Source: Mycoplasma mycoides subsp. capri (GTDB lineage: Bacteria > Bacillota_I > Bacilli_A > Mycoplasmatales > Mycoplasmataceae). Taken from it: a DNA stretch of 32,000 bases. This document shows positions 1 through 11,675 of this stretch, in pieces. The stretch lies in contig NZ_CP065581.1 in the NCBI RefSeq assembly GCF_018389705.1, positions 240,001-272,000 of the forward strand, in the 5' to 3' direction. Within the stretch, counting starts at the first letter, position 1. Each line of letters begins with the position of its first letter. The notes below the pieces were generated by a model. The model was not told where the DNA came from. It ran no database searches and worked only from the letters and a program-made list of their open reading frames with translations. The position numbers and the translations under genes were made by a program.

Positions 1-1463
1 AAATTAATAAAGAAATTAATGAATTAGTTACAAGAAAAAAGAAATTAGAAAAAGATAATAAAAATGATTCAAATAAAACAGAAATTGATAAACTAACTGA
101 ACAAATTAAACAAAAAACAATAGAACTAAAAACAATTCAAAAAAAAGCTTTACCAGCTGAAGCAGGAATAACTAAATTAATAAAATTTAAATTTGATTGA
201 AATGATCAATTTTGAAAAAACATTAAATTAAATGAAGTTATTAAAATTGATACTATTAAATATGGAATTTCTAATACTGATTTTTCATCATTAACTAAAG
301 ATAATTTAATAGTTAAAATTCTTAATAAAGATGTTAAAAATGTTGATATTAAAAAAATAGAAAAAACTAATGATTTTAGAAACGCTAAATTAGTTTTAGA
401 TGTTTTATTAAAAGATAATAAAAAATTAGAATTAAACAAAAAAATAGGTGTTGGAAAATATAGTTTATTATATGAAAATGACTTTATCAAAAACAATATT
501 CAAGCTCCTTATTTTACAACTGAAAGATTAACTCAAGAAAATTTACAATCTGTAAATAAAGACTTTTTTAGACAATTTAATTCAGAATTATTTTCTGGTG
601 GGTATGCTTCATCAAGAGGATTTTATGCTCCAAAAATTACTACACCAATATTTATGCATATTGGAGAAGATTATGTAGCTAATGATTTTCAAGCTGTATT
701 AATGCCATATGATGGAGAGATTATAGCTGCATATGAATTAACTACTAAAATACCATTTACTGGAGTTGGAACAGTTGTTGTTGTTAAAATAAAAGTTTCT
801 GATTTAGATTGAACTCCTAAAGAAAAAGAAATCTATTTAAATGATAATAAAGATCATATTTATATGTCATTTTTACATTTAGATGCCTCAAGAACTTTAA
901 ATAATCAAAAATTAGGATGAAGCGCAGAAAAAGTTGTTTTAAATAACAATAGAACAATTCAAGTTGTTAAAAGTTTAACACCAGAAAAACCTCAAAAAGT
1001 AGCAAAAAATACTATTATTGGTTATTTAGGTAATAATGCATCTAATGGTGGATGAATGAGTCATGCTCATGTTAATTTATATACAAATAGACCTAGTTAT
1101 TTATCTGAAAATTACTTTTCAACTAAAGCTAATCAAGGATTGTCTGAAGATAGAATCAAACAATATCATCAAATAGTTAATGGTAAAGAAACTTGAAGAC
1201 AATTTGGAAATATTGGTTTACATCAATCACCAGAAAAATCACCATTTAATATATATGAAGTTGATCCAATTACTGGAGTAGAAAAACTAGATGAAAATAA
1301 AGAGAAAATCATAATAAAAAATGAACAAGCTTTATTTTTACCAAACTTAAGTATGAGTTTATTTGAAAAAAGATTAGGTTATGCTAATCCAAATTTAGTG
1401 TATAGATTAAGAGATAATAAAACAGTTTCATTTAGTGTAAAAGAAGTTAATAAATTAGCATAA
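1..1463 (+). CDS. M23/LytM-like metallopeptidase domain protein (probable lipoprotein paralog), 5' part missing or damaged
   Basis: Reading frame open from codon 6-8 to TAA at 1461-1463 with TGA=Trp. Motifs HIGEDYVANDFQAVLMPYDGEIIAAYE (HxGxD...DG), SFLHLD, and GGWMSHAHVNLYT (HxH). Closely similar to the C-terminal half of the next gene. No in-frame ATG in the first ~650 nt and an in-frame TAA at 3-5. Confidence 0.7.
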
Positions 1464-1471
1464 AACTAAAG

Positions 1472-1494
1472 CAGATCTTATGATCTGTTTTTTT
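1472..1494 (+). terminator. Rho-independent terminator
   Basis: CAGATC-TTAT-GATCTG followed by a T-rich run. Confidence 0.75.
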
Positions 1495-1613
1495 GTTTTA
1501 TATCAAAATAAATAGTTATAACTATAACTTATTTAAAACTTTTAATACTAATATTTAAAAAAATATTAAAAAAGGTCATTCTCAAATATTCATATTTTCA
1601 AGTATTAAAATTT

Positions 1614-1636
1614 AGTTAGTAATTAATTTACTAACT
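1614..1636. promoter_or_regulatory. Perfect 9-bp inverted repeat upstream of lipoprotein gene (operator or UTR hairpin candidate)
   Basis: AGTTAGTAA-TTAAT-TTACTAACT, about 84 nt upstream of the ATG at 1720. Confidence 0.35.
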
Positions 1637-1719
1637 TTATTCCTATAATAATAAATTTTTTATTAACATACTTATTTATAAAAAAACTGAAAAAATAATT
1701 ACAGTTATCAAGGAGATTT

Positions 1720-3906
1720 ATGTTTAAGAGCAAGAAATTGATAATTCCTTTACTAACTACACTAGCTGTTGTTCCTTCACTTGTTGTAGTTTCTTGTAAA
1801 AATCCTCAATCTACTCAATCTTTAAGTGAAAAAATTTATTTAAACTATAATTTACAAACTGAAAAAGACAAACAAGAATTTGAAAACTATAACCAAATTA
1901 ATATGTTAAGTGAAATTAATCAATATTTTACTAAACATGATCATAACAATGATTTAGTTAAATTCACAACTAATGGTGCTTCTGGAGATACTGTTGAATT
2001 TAACAATATAATGAAAAATAACTATGCATCAAAATATATAAAATTTGATCAAGACAAATTTAAAGAAATTATTAAAAAAGAATTTAATTTATCTGATAGC
2101 TTTTTAAACAGATTAGAATTTGAGGTTGACTATAATAATATATCAAGAGATTATGGTAATAACTTTGATATTATTTTTCCTATAAGAGTTAAACTTCCTT
2201 TAGTTAGTCATAATAATTTTAAATACCAACAAGGTTTATTTATTGAACAAACTTTTAACTTTAGAATTAAAAATGTAAAAGCAAGTAATAGTGAAAAAAT
2301 AGATGTATCTAAGATTAAAGATATATATAACGAACTTGTTAAATTAAAAGATAAAAATAACTTTACAGCTAGTGTTAAAGAAGTAACTGAAGAAACTAAA
2401 AAGCTAGTTGATGAGTGAGGAATTCATGAATTAAATTCAAAACAACTAGGTGATATTTTTGAAGTTAAAACTGAAGAATTTGACAAGTTAGTTAAAGATA
2501 AAGAAGTTGAACATAAAGTTACTATTACTGATGTAGATTTATCTGACTCTAATTTAGCTATTAATGAAGGATTATTAAAATTAAGACTAGGTATAAGAAG
2601 TAAGGAAAAAGAAACTGAAACTGGTGTTAATGTTTGAGTTAAGTTTAACTTTGATCAAAAAGATACATTTTGAAAAGAATTAAAAATAAGTGAATCTATT
2701 AAGGTTAATACTGTTAAGTTTTCTGAAACTAACACAGATTTTACTAAATTAATGAATGATAATTTAATAATAAAATCTAAGTCTAAATTCATTAAAAACA
2801 TTAAGTTAAGTTCAATTGATAAAACAACAGATTATAGAAATTCTGGTGTACTTTTAGAAGTATTAACTAATGAAAGTAAAGATAATGTAATAAAACTACA
2901 TAAAAAACTTGGTGTAGGAAAATACACTGATTTATATAGTGCTGATTTTACTAAAAATAACATTCATGCTCCTAACTTTGCAACTGAAAAATTAACTCAA
3001 GAAAATCTAAAAAGTATTAATAAAGACTTCTTTAGACAATTTGATTCAGAATTGTTTTCTGGAGGATATGCTAAATCTAGAGGATTTTATGGTGAAAAAA
3101 TAAAAAGTCCACAATATATGCACGTAGGTGAAGATTATATAGCTAATGATTTTCAGGCAGTAGTAATGCCATATGATGGAGAAATCATAGCAGCTTATGA
3201 ATTAACAAGCAATATTCCATTTAGCGGTGTAGGTACAGTTTTGGTAGCTAAAATCCCAGTTACCAACTTACCTTGATCTCCTAAAGAAAAAGAAATTTAT
3301 TTAAACGATAGTAAGGAACATATATTTATATCATTTTTACATTTAGATGCGCAAAAGACATTAAATAATGATAAATTAGGTTGATCAGCTGAAACTACAG
3401 AATTAGGAAAACAAAGAACCATAAAAGTTGTAAAAGAAGTTACACCAAAAAACCCTAAAAAAGTTTCTAAGGGAACTATTATTGGTTATTTAGGTGATCA
3501 TTCATCAAATGGTGGATGAATGAGTCACGCTCATATTAACTTATATACAAATAGACCTAGTTATTTATCTGAAAATTACTTTTCATCTAAAACAACCAAA
3601 TCTCCAGTTGATAAAAATAGACTTGATAAATATCATACTAATGATTTAACTAATAAAAAAGAGACTTTCACTACTCTTGGAAATGTTGGTGTTGAATTTA
3701 AACCAGAAAGTAAAATCTACCAAGTTGATCCTAAAACTGGTAAAGAAGATAAAAAAATGGAATTACAAGAAATACCAGTATATCTATCTGGTTTAAATAT
3801 GTTAACCATTGAAAAAACTAAAGGTTATGCTAACCCAAATCTAATGTATAAATTAAGAGATGAAAGAACAGTTTCATTTAGTGTAAAAGAAGTTAACAAA
3901 TTATAA
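1720..3906 (+). CDS. Lipoprotein with C-terminal M23/LytM-like metallopeptidase domain
   Basis: AAGGAG RBS then ATG; signal peptide MFKSKKLIIPLLTTLAVVPSLVVVSC with lipobox Cys. ORF track pieces 1720..2418, 2752..3276 and 3520..3906 share one frame joined by TGA=Trp. HVGEDYIANDFQAVVMPYDGEIIAAYE, SFLHLDA, GWMSHAHINLYT. Confidence 0.85.
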
Positions 3907-3915
3907 TAATTAGAA

Positions 3916-3945
3916 AAACAAATCTATTAAGATTTGTTTTTTATT
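3916..3945 (+). terminator. Rho-independent terminator
   Basis: AAACAAATC-tattaa-GATTTGTTT then T-rich. Confidence 0.75.
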
Positions 3946-4019
3946 ATTTTAATTAAAGTTTATAAATTTATATTTTTTATATTAAAATAAATAACAATAA
4001 AAAAAGGAAGTAAAAACAT

Positions 4020-4949
4020 ATGAATAAAGTTATTTATTTAGCTGGTGGTTGTTTTTGAGGTGTTGAAGCATATTTTTCTAAACTAAAAGGTGTAATTGAT
4101 GCTGAAAATGGATATGCTAATGGAATTAGTGAAAAAACTAAATATTATAGTTTAGCTAAAACTTTACATGCTGAAACAGTAAAAATTACTTATGATCCAA
4201 ATCAAATTTCACTAGAAGAATTATTAGTGCATTATTTTAGAATTATTCATCCTGATTCATTAAATAAACAAGGAAATGATGTAGGAACACAATATAGAAC
4301 TGGTGTTTATTATACTGATATAAATGATAAGAAAGTTATTGAATTAGTGTTTTTAGAATATAAAAAACAATATGATGAATTTTATGTTGAACTAGAAGAA
4401 CTAAAAAACTATATGACAGCTGAAGATTATCATCAAGATTATTTAGATAAAAACCCAACAGGTTATTGTCATGTTAATTTAAATGTAGATTTTAATTTAA
4501 CTGATAAAGAAAAAGAATTTGTTCAATTAATTAGAAAAGAATTAAGTTTAGATGAATTAAGCTTAAATGTTTTAAAATACTCAGCAACAGAAAAACCACA
4601 CACTTCAGAATTTAATGATGAACATAGAAAAGGTATTTATGTTGAAAAAATAACTAAAGAAGTGTTATTTGCTTCAAATACCAAGTTTAATGCTGGTTGT
4701 GGTTGACCTAGTTTTGCTACTCCAATTAATAGTAAAGCTGTTGAATATAAAGCAGATTATTCTCACAATATGCACAGAGTTGAAGTTAGATCAAAAACTG
4801 GAGATAACCATTTAGGTCATGTTTTTAATGATGGTCCTAAAGAAATGGGTGGTTTAAGATATTGTATTAATGGTGCTGCTCTTGAATTTATTCCTTATGA
4901 AGAAATGGATGAAAAAGGATATTCAGAATATAAAAAAATCTTAGACTAA
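4020..4949 (+). CDS. msrAB: Bifunctional peptide methionine sulfoxide reductase MsrA/MsrB
   Basis: N-terminal AGGCFWGVEAYF and [13 protein letters not shown] (MsrA); C-terminal [31 protein letters not shown] and [11 protein letters not shown] (MsrB). Single frame with TGA=Trp. Confidence 0.95.
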
Positions 4950-4986
4950 TTTATAGAATTTATTAATAAAATATTAATATAAAAAT

Positions 4987-5018
4987 ACTGCGAATTTAAA
5001 ATTCGTATTTTTTTGTTT
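4987..5018 (+). terminator. Weak rho-independent terminator
   Basis: CGAATTT..AAATTCG hairpin followed by a T-rich run. Confidence 0.5.
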
Positions 5019-5036
5019 TTAAGAAAGGAGAAAAAA

Positions 5037-6281
5037 ATGAAGCATTTATTAAAAATAATAAGTAGTTTAACTGTACTAAGTACTAGTGTTTTAGCAGTTA
5101 GTTGTACTAATAAATCAGAACAAAATAACAAAGACCAACTACCCAATAATAAAGATAATACTGAAAATAAAGATAAAAAAGAAGAAAAAGACCAACCACA
5201 AGCTGATCAACCCAGTGATCATCCTAAAGAAGAACCTAAAATTGAAATAAGTGAAGAAGAAAAACAAGAAGTTATAGATGCACTACAAAAAGTATTTAAA
5301 GAACAAGAAGATGCATTTGGTAGTTTTCATACACACCAAGAAGTATTAGATCAGTTAAAAGTTTATTTAAATGATAATAAAATCAAACATTTAGATCATT
5401 TAAAATTAACAAATGAAAAAGAAAAAAATACTAATCTTAAAGTAGATACTGAACATAAAAAATTAAATAAGATAAACTTAAGTTTTTTTGACAAAAATAT
5501 AATTTTTAGTCCTAAAAAAGTGCTAGAAAATGAAGTACAAGACAAATATATTGATAAAAAATTAATTCAAGTTGGTTATAAATTAGATAATTCGATTACC
5601 AGAATTAATCTGAAGCAAATTAATAAAAATACGACTCAAGTTCCAAGACATTTACCATTAAAAATAAATTCTTTTAATGAATCATTTAAAAATCTAGAAT
5701 CATCTAAGATAGATAATTTGGATAAGTGAAATACTAGAAATATAAAGTATATGACTGAAACTTTTAGCGAGACATCAAGTTTTAATCAAGATTTAAATTC
5801 TTGAGATGTTTCAGGGGTTATTGATATGACAAATATGTTTGCAGGGGCTAAAAAATTCAATCAGAGTTTAAATTCCTGAAATACAGCAAACGTAAAGAGT
5901 ATGTCGGGAATGTTTTGGGAAGCTGAAAGTTTTAATGGAAATATTTCAAATTGAAATGTTATGAATGTTGATGACATGTCAGTTATGTTTTCAGGAGCTA
6001 AAAACTTTAATCAAGACATTTCAAGATGAGACACTTCAAAAGTTGGTTCTATGAAGGGAATGTTTAGTGATGCTAAATCATTTAATCAAGACATTTCAAG
6101 ATGAGACACTTCAAAAGTAGGAACTATGGAACAAATGTTTGAAAATGCTAAATCATTTAATCAGAACCTAAAAAGATGAAATGTCGAAAAAGTAACACAC
6201 GCAGAGAATTTTAGAAGAGGTACTGAAAATAATTTTCTTGAAGAAAACCAACCTAACTTTGGACCGAACACCGCTAAATAA
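5037..6281 (+). CDS. Lipoprotein with BspA-like DUF285 repeats
   Basis: RBS AAAGGAG, signal peptide MKHLLKIISSLTVLSTSVLAVSC, then about 25-aa repeats such as FNQDISRWDTSKVGSMKGMFSDAKS. TGA=Trp throughout the repeats. Confidence 0.9.
5757..6190 (+). repeat. Tandem 75-nt (25-aa) DUF285 repeat units inside CDS
   Basis: TTTAATCAAGACATTTCAAGATGAGACACTTCAAAAGT occurs at 6006 and again at 6081, exactly 75 nt apart; diverged units flank it. Confidence 0.85.
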
Positions 6282-6328
6282 CCATTAAAGTAATAATATA
6301 AATAGATTTGAGACTGTCTATATTTATT

Positions 6329-6369
6329 AAAAATGAAACTTATAACAACAAAATAAGTTTCATTTTTTA
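6329..6369 (+). terminator. Rho-independent terminator
   Basis: AAAAATGAAACTTAT-AACAACAAA-ATAAGTTTCATTTTT plus T-run. Confidence 0.85.
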
Positions 6370-6418
6370 ATTTTTAAATAGTGTAAAATATAAATAGTAT
6401 AAGAAAGTTGGTGTCAAA

Positions 6419-7375
6419 ATGCTAGTGTCTTTTATAATTGCTTCACAAGCACATTTAGATAGATTAAAAACAACGCTTGATTCTATAAAACATCAAACTA
6501 ATAACTCACACCAGACTATTATTATAAGTGATTCTAAATATACAGATAATACTAAAAGACAATATATAAAAGAAATTTTTGATAACTCAGAAAATATTGT
6601 TTTAAGCGAAAATAATATTCCACAAGATACAGCAACTGATTGAAATTGTGCAATGCAATTAGCTAATGGAAAATATGTTGTTTTTGTTAAAGAAGGCGAC
6701 TTTTTATACCCAAATTTTGTTGAAGAAATTCAAAAAATCTCAGATAAATATAATGCAGATTTAATTGAATTTAATCAAAACTATAATGGTTTAGTTGATG
6801 ATCAAATTTCATACAACTTATTAGAAGCTAATAAATTATATGATTTAAATAAAGATTATGAAGTTTTTACTTATATTCAAAGACTAATTTATACTAAGGC
6901 ATTTAAACTTGATATTATTAGAAAAAATAACTTAACATTTAGAAGAAAAGTTAGATTTGATCATTTATTTACTTATAAATTTTTATCTTATTCAAATACT
7001 TGCTATATTTCTGATGATTATTTATCATTACATAGAATTTCAGTAATGAAATACTCAGCATTTGATTTGTTAAGACAATGACCACATATTATTAATTATT
7101 TTAGACAAATTAATAAATATAAACTTCTTAGTGATCAATTAACTTATGCTCATTATTATCAAACTTGTTATAAATTTTTAGATTTAATTGAAAAATATAA
7201 CAACCCTGTTTTATATAAAAAAGCTTTAAATATCACTGAAAACAAACTAAAAACTAAAATTAATCGTTTTGTTAAAAAAAATAAAGTCTTTTTAGAAAAT
7301 AAAGATACTAAATTTAACCAAAGAATGAATGATTTTGAGCGCTTTATATATAGTGAGCTTAAAAAAATAAAATAA
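6419..7375 (+). CDS. Family 2-like glycosyltransferase
   Basis: MLVSFIIASQAHLDRLKTTLDSIKHQT...IIISD opening and ANGKYVVFVKEGDFLYPNFVE, matching a GT-A fold; single frame with TGA=Trp to TAA 7373-7375. Confidence 0.8.
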
Positions 7376-8130
7376 TGAATAATTCTTTAATCACTAGTAA
7401 ACAAACTGATTTTAAACTAGATAATAACTATAAACTAGCTAGTTTGTGAAAAGTGTTTTTTGCTAGACTTTTTGATTTGTTAATTTGCTCAATACCACTA
7501 ATTATAATGTCAATTTTTTTAAAAACTAAAACTGGAGATATTATAAGCTTAGTAATTAAGTATTTAGTGTCTTTTTTATGGACTTTTTTTTATTTTGTTA
7601 TTTTAAGTTTTTTGTTAAGAGGAAATAGTTTATCTAAAAAACTTTTTAAAATAGAGTTAAAAAGTTTAAAAACAAATAAAATTAGTTTTTTTCAAATACT
7701 AATTAGAGAGATTTGATTTATTTTTATTCCTTTATTTATTGGGTTTATTTTCACTTTAATTTTTGCTTTTTTACTACCAGTTAGTTTTACAAAAACTCAG
7801 AGTTGAAGAATTTCTTTATCTTTAATTATTTATCAAATCGGACTAGTAATTGTTTTGTTTTGATTTTTAGGATTAATGATTTCAATTAGATTACAAACTA
7901 ATCATCAGTCTTTTATTGATATTAAATTAGGTTTAATTGTTATTCAAAAACAAAAAATTATAAAACAAGAACCAATTGTATCTAATCAAATTTTAACTAG
8001 AAATGATAAACACATTTCTTTAAATGAACAACCAGGTAATTTTGATTTAGAATTTATAGATGAATTAAAACAAGAATTAAATAATCAAAATCAAGACAAT
8101 AAACAGAATACAAATAACAAAAACAAATAG
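7375..8130 (+). CDS. RDD-family membrane protein
   Basis: ATG overlaps the previous stop (TAATG). [21 protein letters not shown] (R-x2-D), [21 protein letters not shown]; several TM segments. Confidence 0.75.
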
Positions 8131-8146
8131 AAAAATTGGTGTAAAT

Positions 8147-10315
8147 ATGTCAGTAGATCATTTATTAGATTTATTAAATCCTCAACAACTAGCAGCAGTT
8201 ATAAATACAGATAAACCAGTAAGAATTATTGCTGGAGCCGGTAGTGGAAAAACTAGAGTAATTACAACTAAAATTGCTTATTTAATTGAAAAAAAACATA
8301 TTGATCCAACTAGAATTTTAGCTGTAACTTTTACAAATAAAGCAGCTAAAGAAATGAAAGAGCGTGTTTTACAAATTACAAAAAATCAAAAAAAATCTCC
8401 TTTTATTTCTACTTTTCATGCTTGATGTTCTAAAGTATTAAGAATCGATGGAAAACATGTTGGTTTAAAAGATAAGTTTTTAATAATTGATTCTGATGAT
8501 CAAAAAAGAATTATTAAAAATGCTTTAAAAGAATCAAATATAGAATTAAGTGAAAATGATAAAAAAACTTTTGATAAAAAGATTTTATATAAAATTAAAG
8601 AATGAAAAGAAGAACTAGTTGATCCAGATGAAGCAATTTTAAATGCTAATAGTACTTATGATAGAAATTCTGCTATTATTTATAAACTGTATCAAGAAAC
8701 ACTTTTAAAAAATAATTCTATTGATTTTGATGATCTACAAATTTATGTTTATTTATTATTTAAAAATCATCAAGAAATTTTAAATAAATGAAGAAATGCT
8801 TATGATTATGTATTAGTTGATGAGTTTCAAGATACTAATGATATTCAATTTAGTCTAATTAAATTTTTAACTATAAATACTAATCATTTAACAGTAGTTG
8901 GTGATCCTGATCAAACTATTTATTCTTGAAGAGGTGCTAAATTAGATATTATTTTAAACTTTAATAAAACATATAATAATGCTATAAGTATTGTTTTAAA
9001 TCAAAATTATAGATCAACAAAACAAATACTAGATATTTCTAATAGTTTTATTAAAAACAATAAATTTAGAGAACATAAAGAAATTTTTACAAATAATAAA
9101 TCAGGTAAAAAAGTAGTTTTAAAAGAATGTAATTCAAAAACTAGTGAAGCTAGTTATGTAAGTTTTAAAATTAAAGAACTAATAAAACAAGGTTATCATT
9201 ATAAAGATATTTTTATTTTATATAGAATGAATGCTTGATCTCAAGAATTTGAAAAAGAACTAATTAATAAAAAAATTCCTTTTCAATTAATTGGTGGAAT
9301 TAAGTTTAGAGAAAGAAAAGTAATTAAAGATGCTATGGCATTTTTAAAAATGATTTCAATTAAAGATGACTTGTCATCTCAAAGAGTTTTAAGTTTAATT
9401 CCAAAAATTGGAAATATTACAATTGAAAAAATTATAAATACTGCAAATTTAAACCATATAAGTATATTTGATTTAATTACAAATGAAGACAAAACATTAT
9501 TACAATCAATTACTAAAAATTTAGATGAACTTATTGAAGTGTTTAAAACAGCTCATCAATTATATTTAGATAATACAAATATTGAAGAAATTCTAAAATA
9601 TTTATTAATTCAATCTGGTTATGAAAATAAATTAAAAGTTAAAAATGAACATGATGATTTAGATAATATAAATGCTTTATATGATCAATTAAAAAGATTT
9701 GATGAAAATTTTGATGCAAACTATTATAGTGAAGATAATAAATTAATTGCTTTTTTACAAGAAGAAGCTTTAACTAGTGATATTGATGAAGCACAACAAA
9801 TCGATAAAGTTTCATTACTAACAGTTCATGCAGCTAAAGGATTAGAAAATAAAATAGTTTTTATTACTGGATTAAACCAAGGAATTTTTCCAACAAGACT
9901 ATCTGAAAATAATCAAAAAGAATTAGAAGAAGAAAGACGTGCTTTATATGTTGCTTTAACTAGAGCAAAAGAAGAATTATTTTTAACTTATGTTAAAGGT
10001 GATTATTCTCATATTATGCAATCTGAATTAAAACCAAGTAAGTTTATTCATGAACTTGATAAAGATTTATATGAATTTGAATCTCAATTTTTAAATAGTC
10101 AAATTTATGATACAAACCAACATAAAACACCTTCATTTTATGTTTCACCAAAACAACATAACTTATATAATGTTGGTGATTATGTTGAGCATAAATTATT
10201 TGGTAAAGGAATTATAACAAAAGTTATAAATGATCAATTACAAATTTCATTTACAAATTCTAGTTATGGAATAATGATTATAGCTGCTAATAATTCGGCT
10301 TTAACTAAGCTATAA
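8147..10315 (+). CDS. pcrA: ATP-dependent DNA helicase, UvrD/PcrA family
   Basis: LNPQQLAAV, Walker [71 protein letters not shown]; same frame across both ORF pieces. Confidence 0.95.
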
Positions 10316-10343
10316 TAATTAGATATGGTATAAATAAGAATGG

Positions 10344-10349
10344 TATAAT
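10344..10349 (+). promoter_or_regulatory. Extended -10 promoter element for ptsH
   Basis: TGGTATAAT (TGnTATAAT), 31 nt upstream of the ptsH ATG. Confidence 0.6.
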
Positions 10350-10379
10350 ATTATTGTTAAATTTTAGGAGGATTAAATA

Positions 10380-10649
10380 ATGGCAAAGTTTTCAGCTATT
10401 ATTACAGATAAAGTAGGTTTACATGCCAGACCAGCTTCAGTATTAGCTAAAGAAGCTTCAAAATTTAGTTCACATATTACTATTATGGCTGGTGAAAAGC
10501 AAGGTAATTTAAAATCAATTATGAATGTAATGGCAATGGCTATTAAAACTGGAACTGAAGTAACTATTCAAGCTGATGGAAATGATGAAGAACAAGCAAT
10601 CAAAGCAATTAAACAAACCATGATTGACACAGCTTTAATTCAAGGATAA
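10380..10649 (+). CDS. ptsH: Phosphocarrier protein HPr
   Basis: GLHARPAS active-site His motif and NLKSIMNVMAM regulatory Ser region; 89 aa. Confidence 0.97.
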   Translation: MAKFSAIITDKVGLHARPASVLAKEASKFSSHITIMAGEKQGNLKSIMNVMAMAIKTGTEVTIQADGNDEEQAIKAIKQTMIDTALIQG

Positions 10650-10657
10650 TTTAATTA

Positions 10658-10684
10658 AAAACAACCATTTAGGTTGTTTTCTTT
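10658..10684 (+). terminator. Rho-independent terminator of ptsH
   Basis: AAAACAACC-ATTTA-GGTTGTTTT then CTTT. Confidence 0.8.
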
Positions 10685-10704
10685 ATTAAAAGAAAGTATT
10701 AACT

Positions 10705-11673
10705 ATGATTAAAAAATTTAGTATAAAAGATACTAATGTTGATCAGGCTTATCCATTTGATTTTAAATTTTACAAACCTAAAATCGAAGGAATGATTATT
10801 TTATTTTCATTAGTTATTTTGCCTTTAGTTACTGTAATATTTTTAAATGTTTTTAAAAAAGAATTAAATATAACTGATAGTAGAATTGGTTTGATTTTCC
10901 AACTTTCAAGTATAGTTTTTACTATTATTGGTGGATTGATTTTTTGATCAAGAAACCCTGTTAGTTTTTGAAAATCAGGAGTTGGTATATTATTTGGCTT
11001 TCCAATCTTTTTACAGTTATTTGCTATATTTTTTAGTTTATTAGCAAATGTATTTAATGTTTTAAAAAATGGTGGTGTTTGAACTCAAATTTATAATCTT
11101 TTAATTCAAACAGTTGCTGAAATTTTAATAATTATTTTTGCATTTAATAAAATCTCAAATTTAAAAAATAAAGTTAAACAAACTTTAAAAGAAAATAAAA
11201 AACTATTAATACCTATTAGTATAGGTTTTGCTGTTGTTGCTTTTATTGTTGGTAATACTTTATATAGTTTAATTATTTCTCAATTAAATCTAAATTTAGG
11301 TGAATCAGAAAATCAAAAAAGTTTAGTCTCTCCATTTCAAAATGATGGAATTGGTAAATATATTTATATGATTATATTTATTATACTAACTATATTTATT
11401 GCTCCATTATGTGAAGAAATTATTGCAAGACAAGCTTTATTTACTGGTGTTTCAAATAAAGTTTTATCAATTATTACTTCAAGTTTATATTTTGGAGTTT
11501 TACATATTGCAAGTGGAGATGTTTATAATATTTTTCCATATGTGATAGGTGGGTTTTTCTTTTCTTTAGCTTTTAGTTTTTCTAAAGGTAATTTAACTTA
11601 TTCATGATTTTCACATTCAATTTATAATACTATTTCAGTAGTTTTAATAATAGCTAGTTTATATATAAAATAG
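10705..11673 (+). CDS. CPBP (CAAX protease) family membrane metalloprotease
   Basis: IAPLCEEIIARQALF (EExxxR), SSLYFGVLHIASGD and a third His region, with multiple TM helices; TGA=Trp joins the pieces. Confidence 0.8.
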
Positions 11674-11675
11674 TT

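Noticed and set aside
206-496. Minus-strand 96-aa ORF
   Set aside because: Antisense to the M23 paralog; low-complexity F/L/I-rich translation of AT-rich DNA with no start signals or motifs.
5013-5036. TTG upstream start suggested by the ORF track (MFLRKEKKMKHLL...)
   Set aside because: The ATG at 5037 has a strong RBS and starts directly at a clean signal peptide; the upstream extension overlaps the terminator T-run.
4946-5146. Minus-strand 66-aa ORF
   Set aside because: Overlaps the msrAB terminator and the start of the DUF285 lipoprotein antisense; no recognisable protein features.
5757-6190. Regular 75-nt spaced repeats that could suggest a CRISPR-like array
   Set aside because: They are in-frame protein repeats of DUF285 type, with no separated unique spacers and no cas genes nearby.
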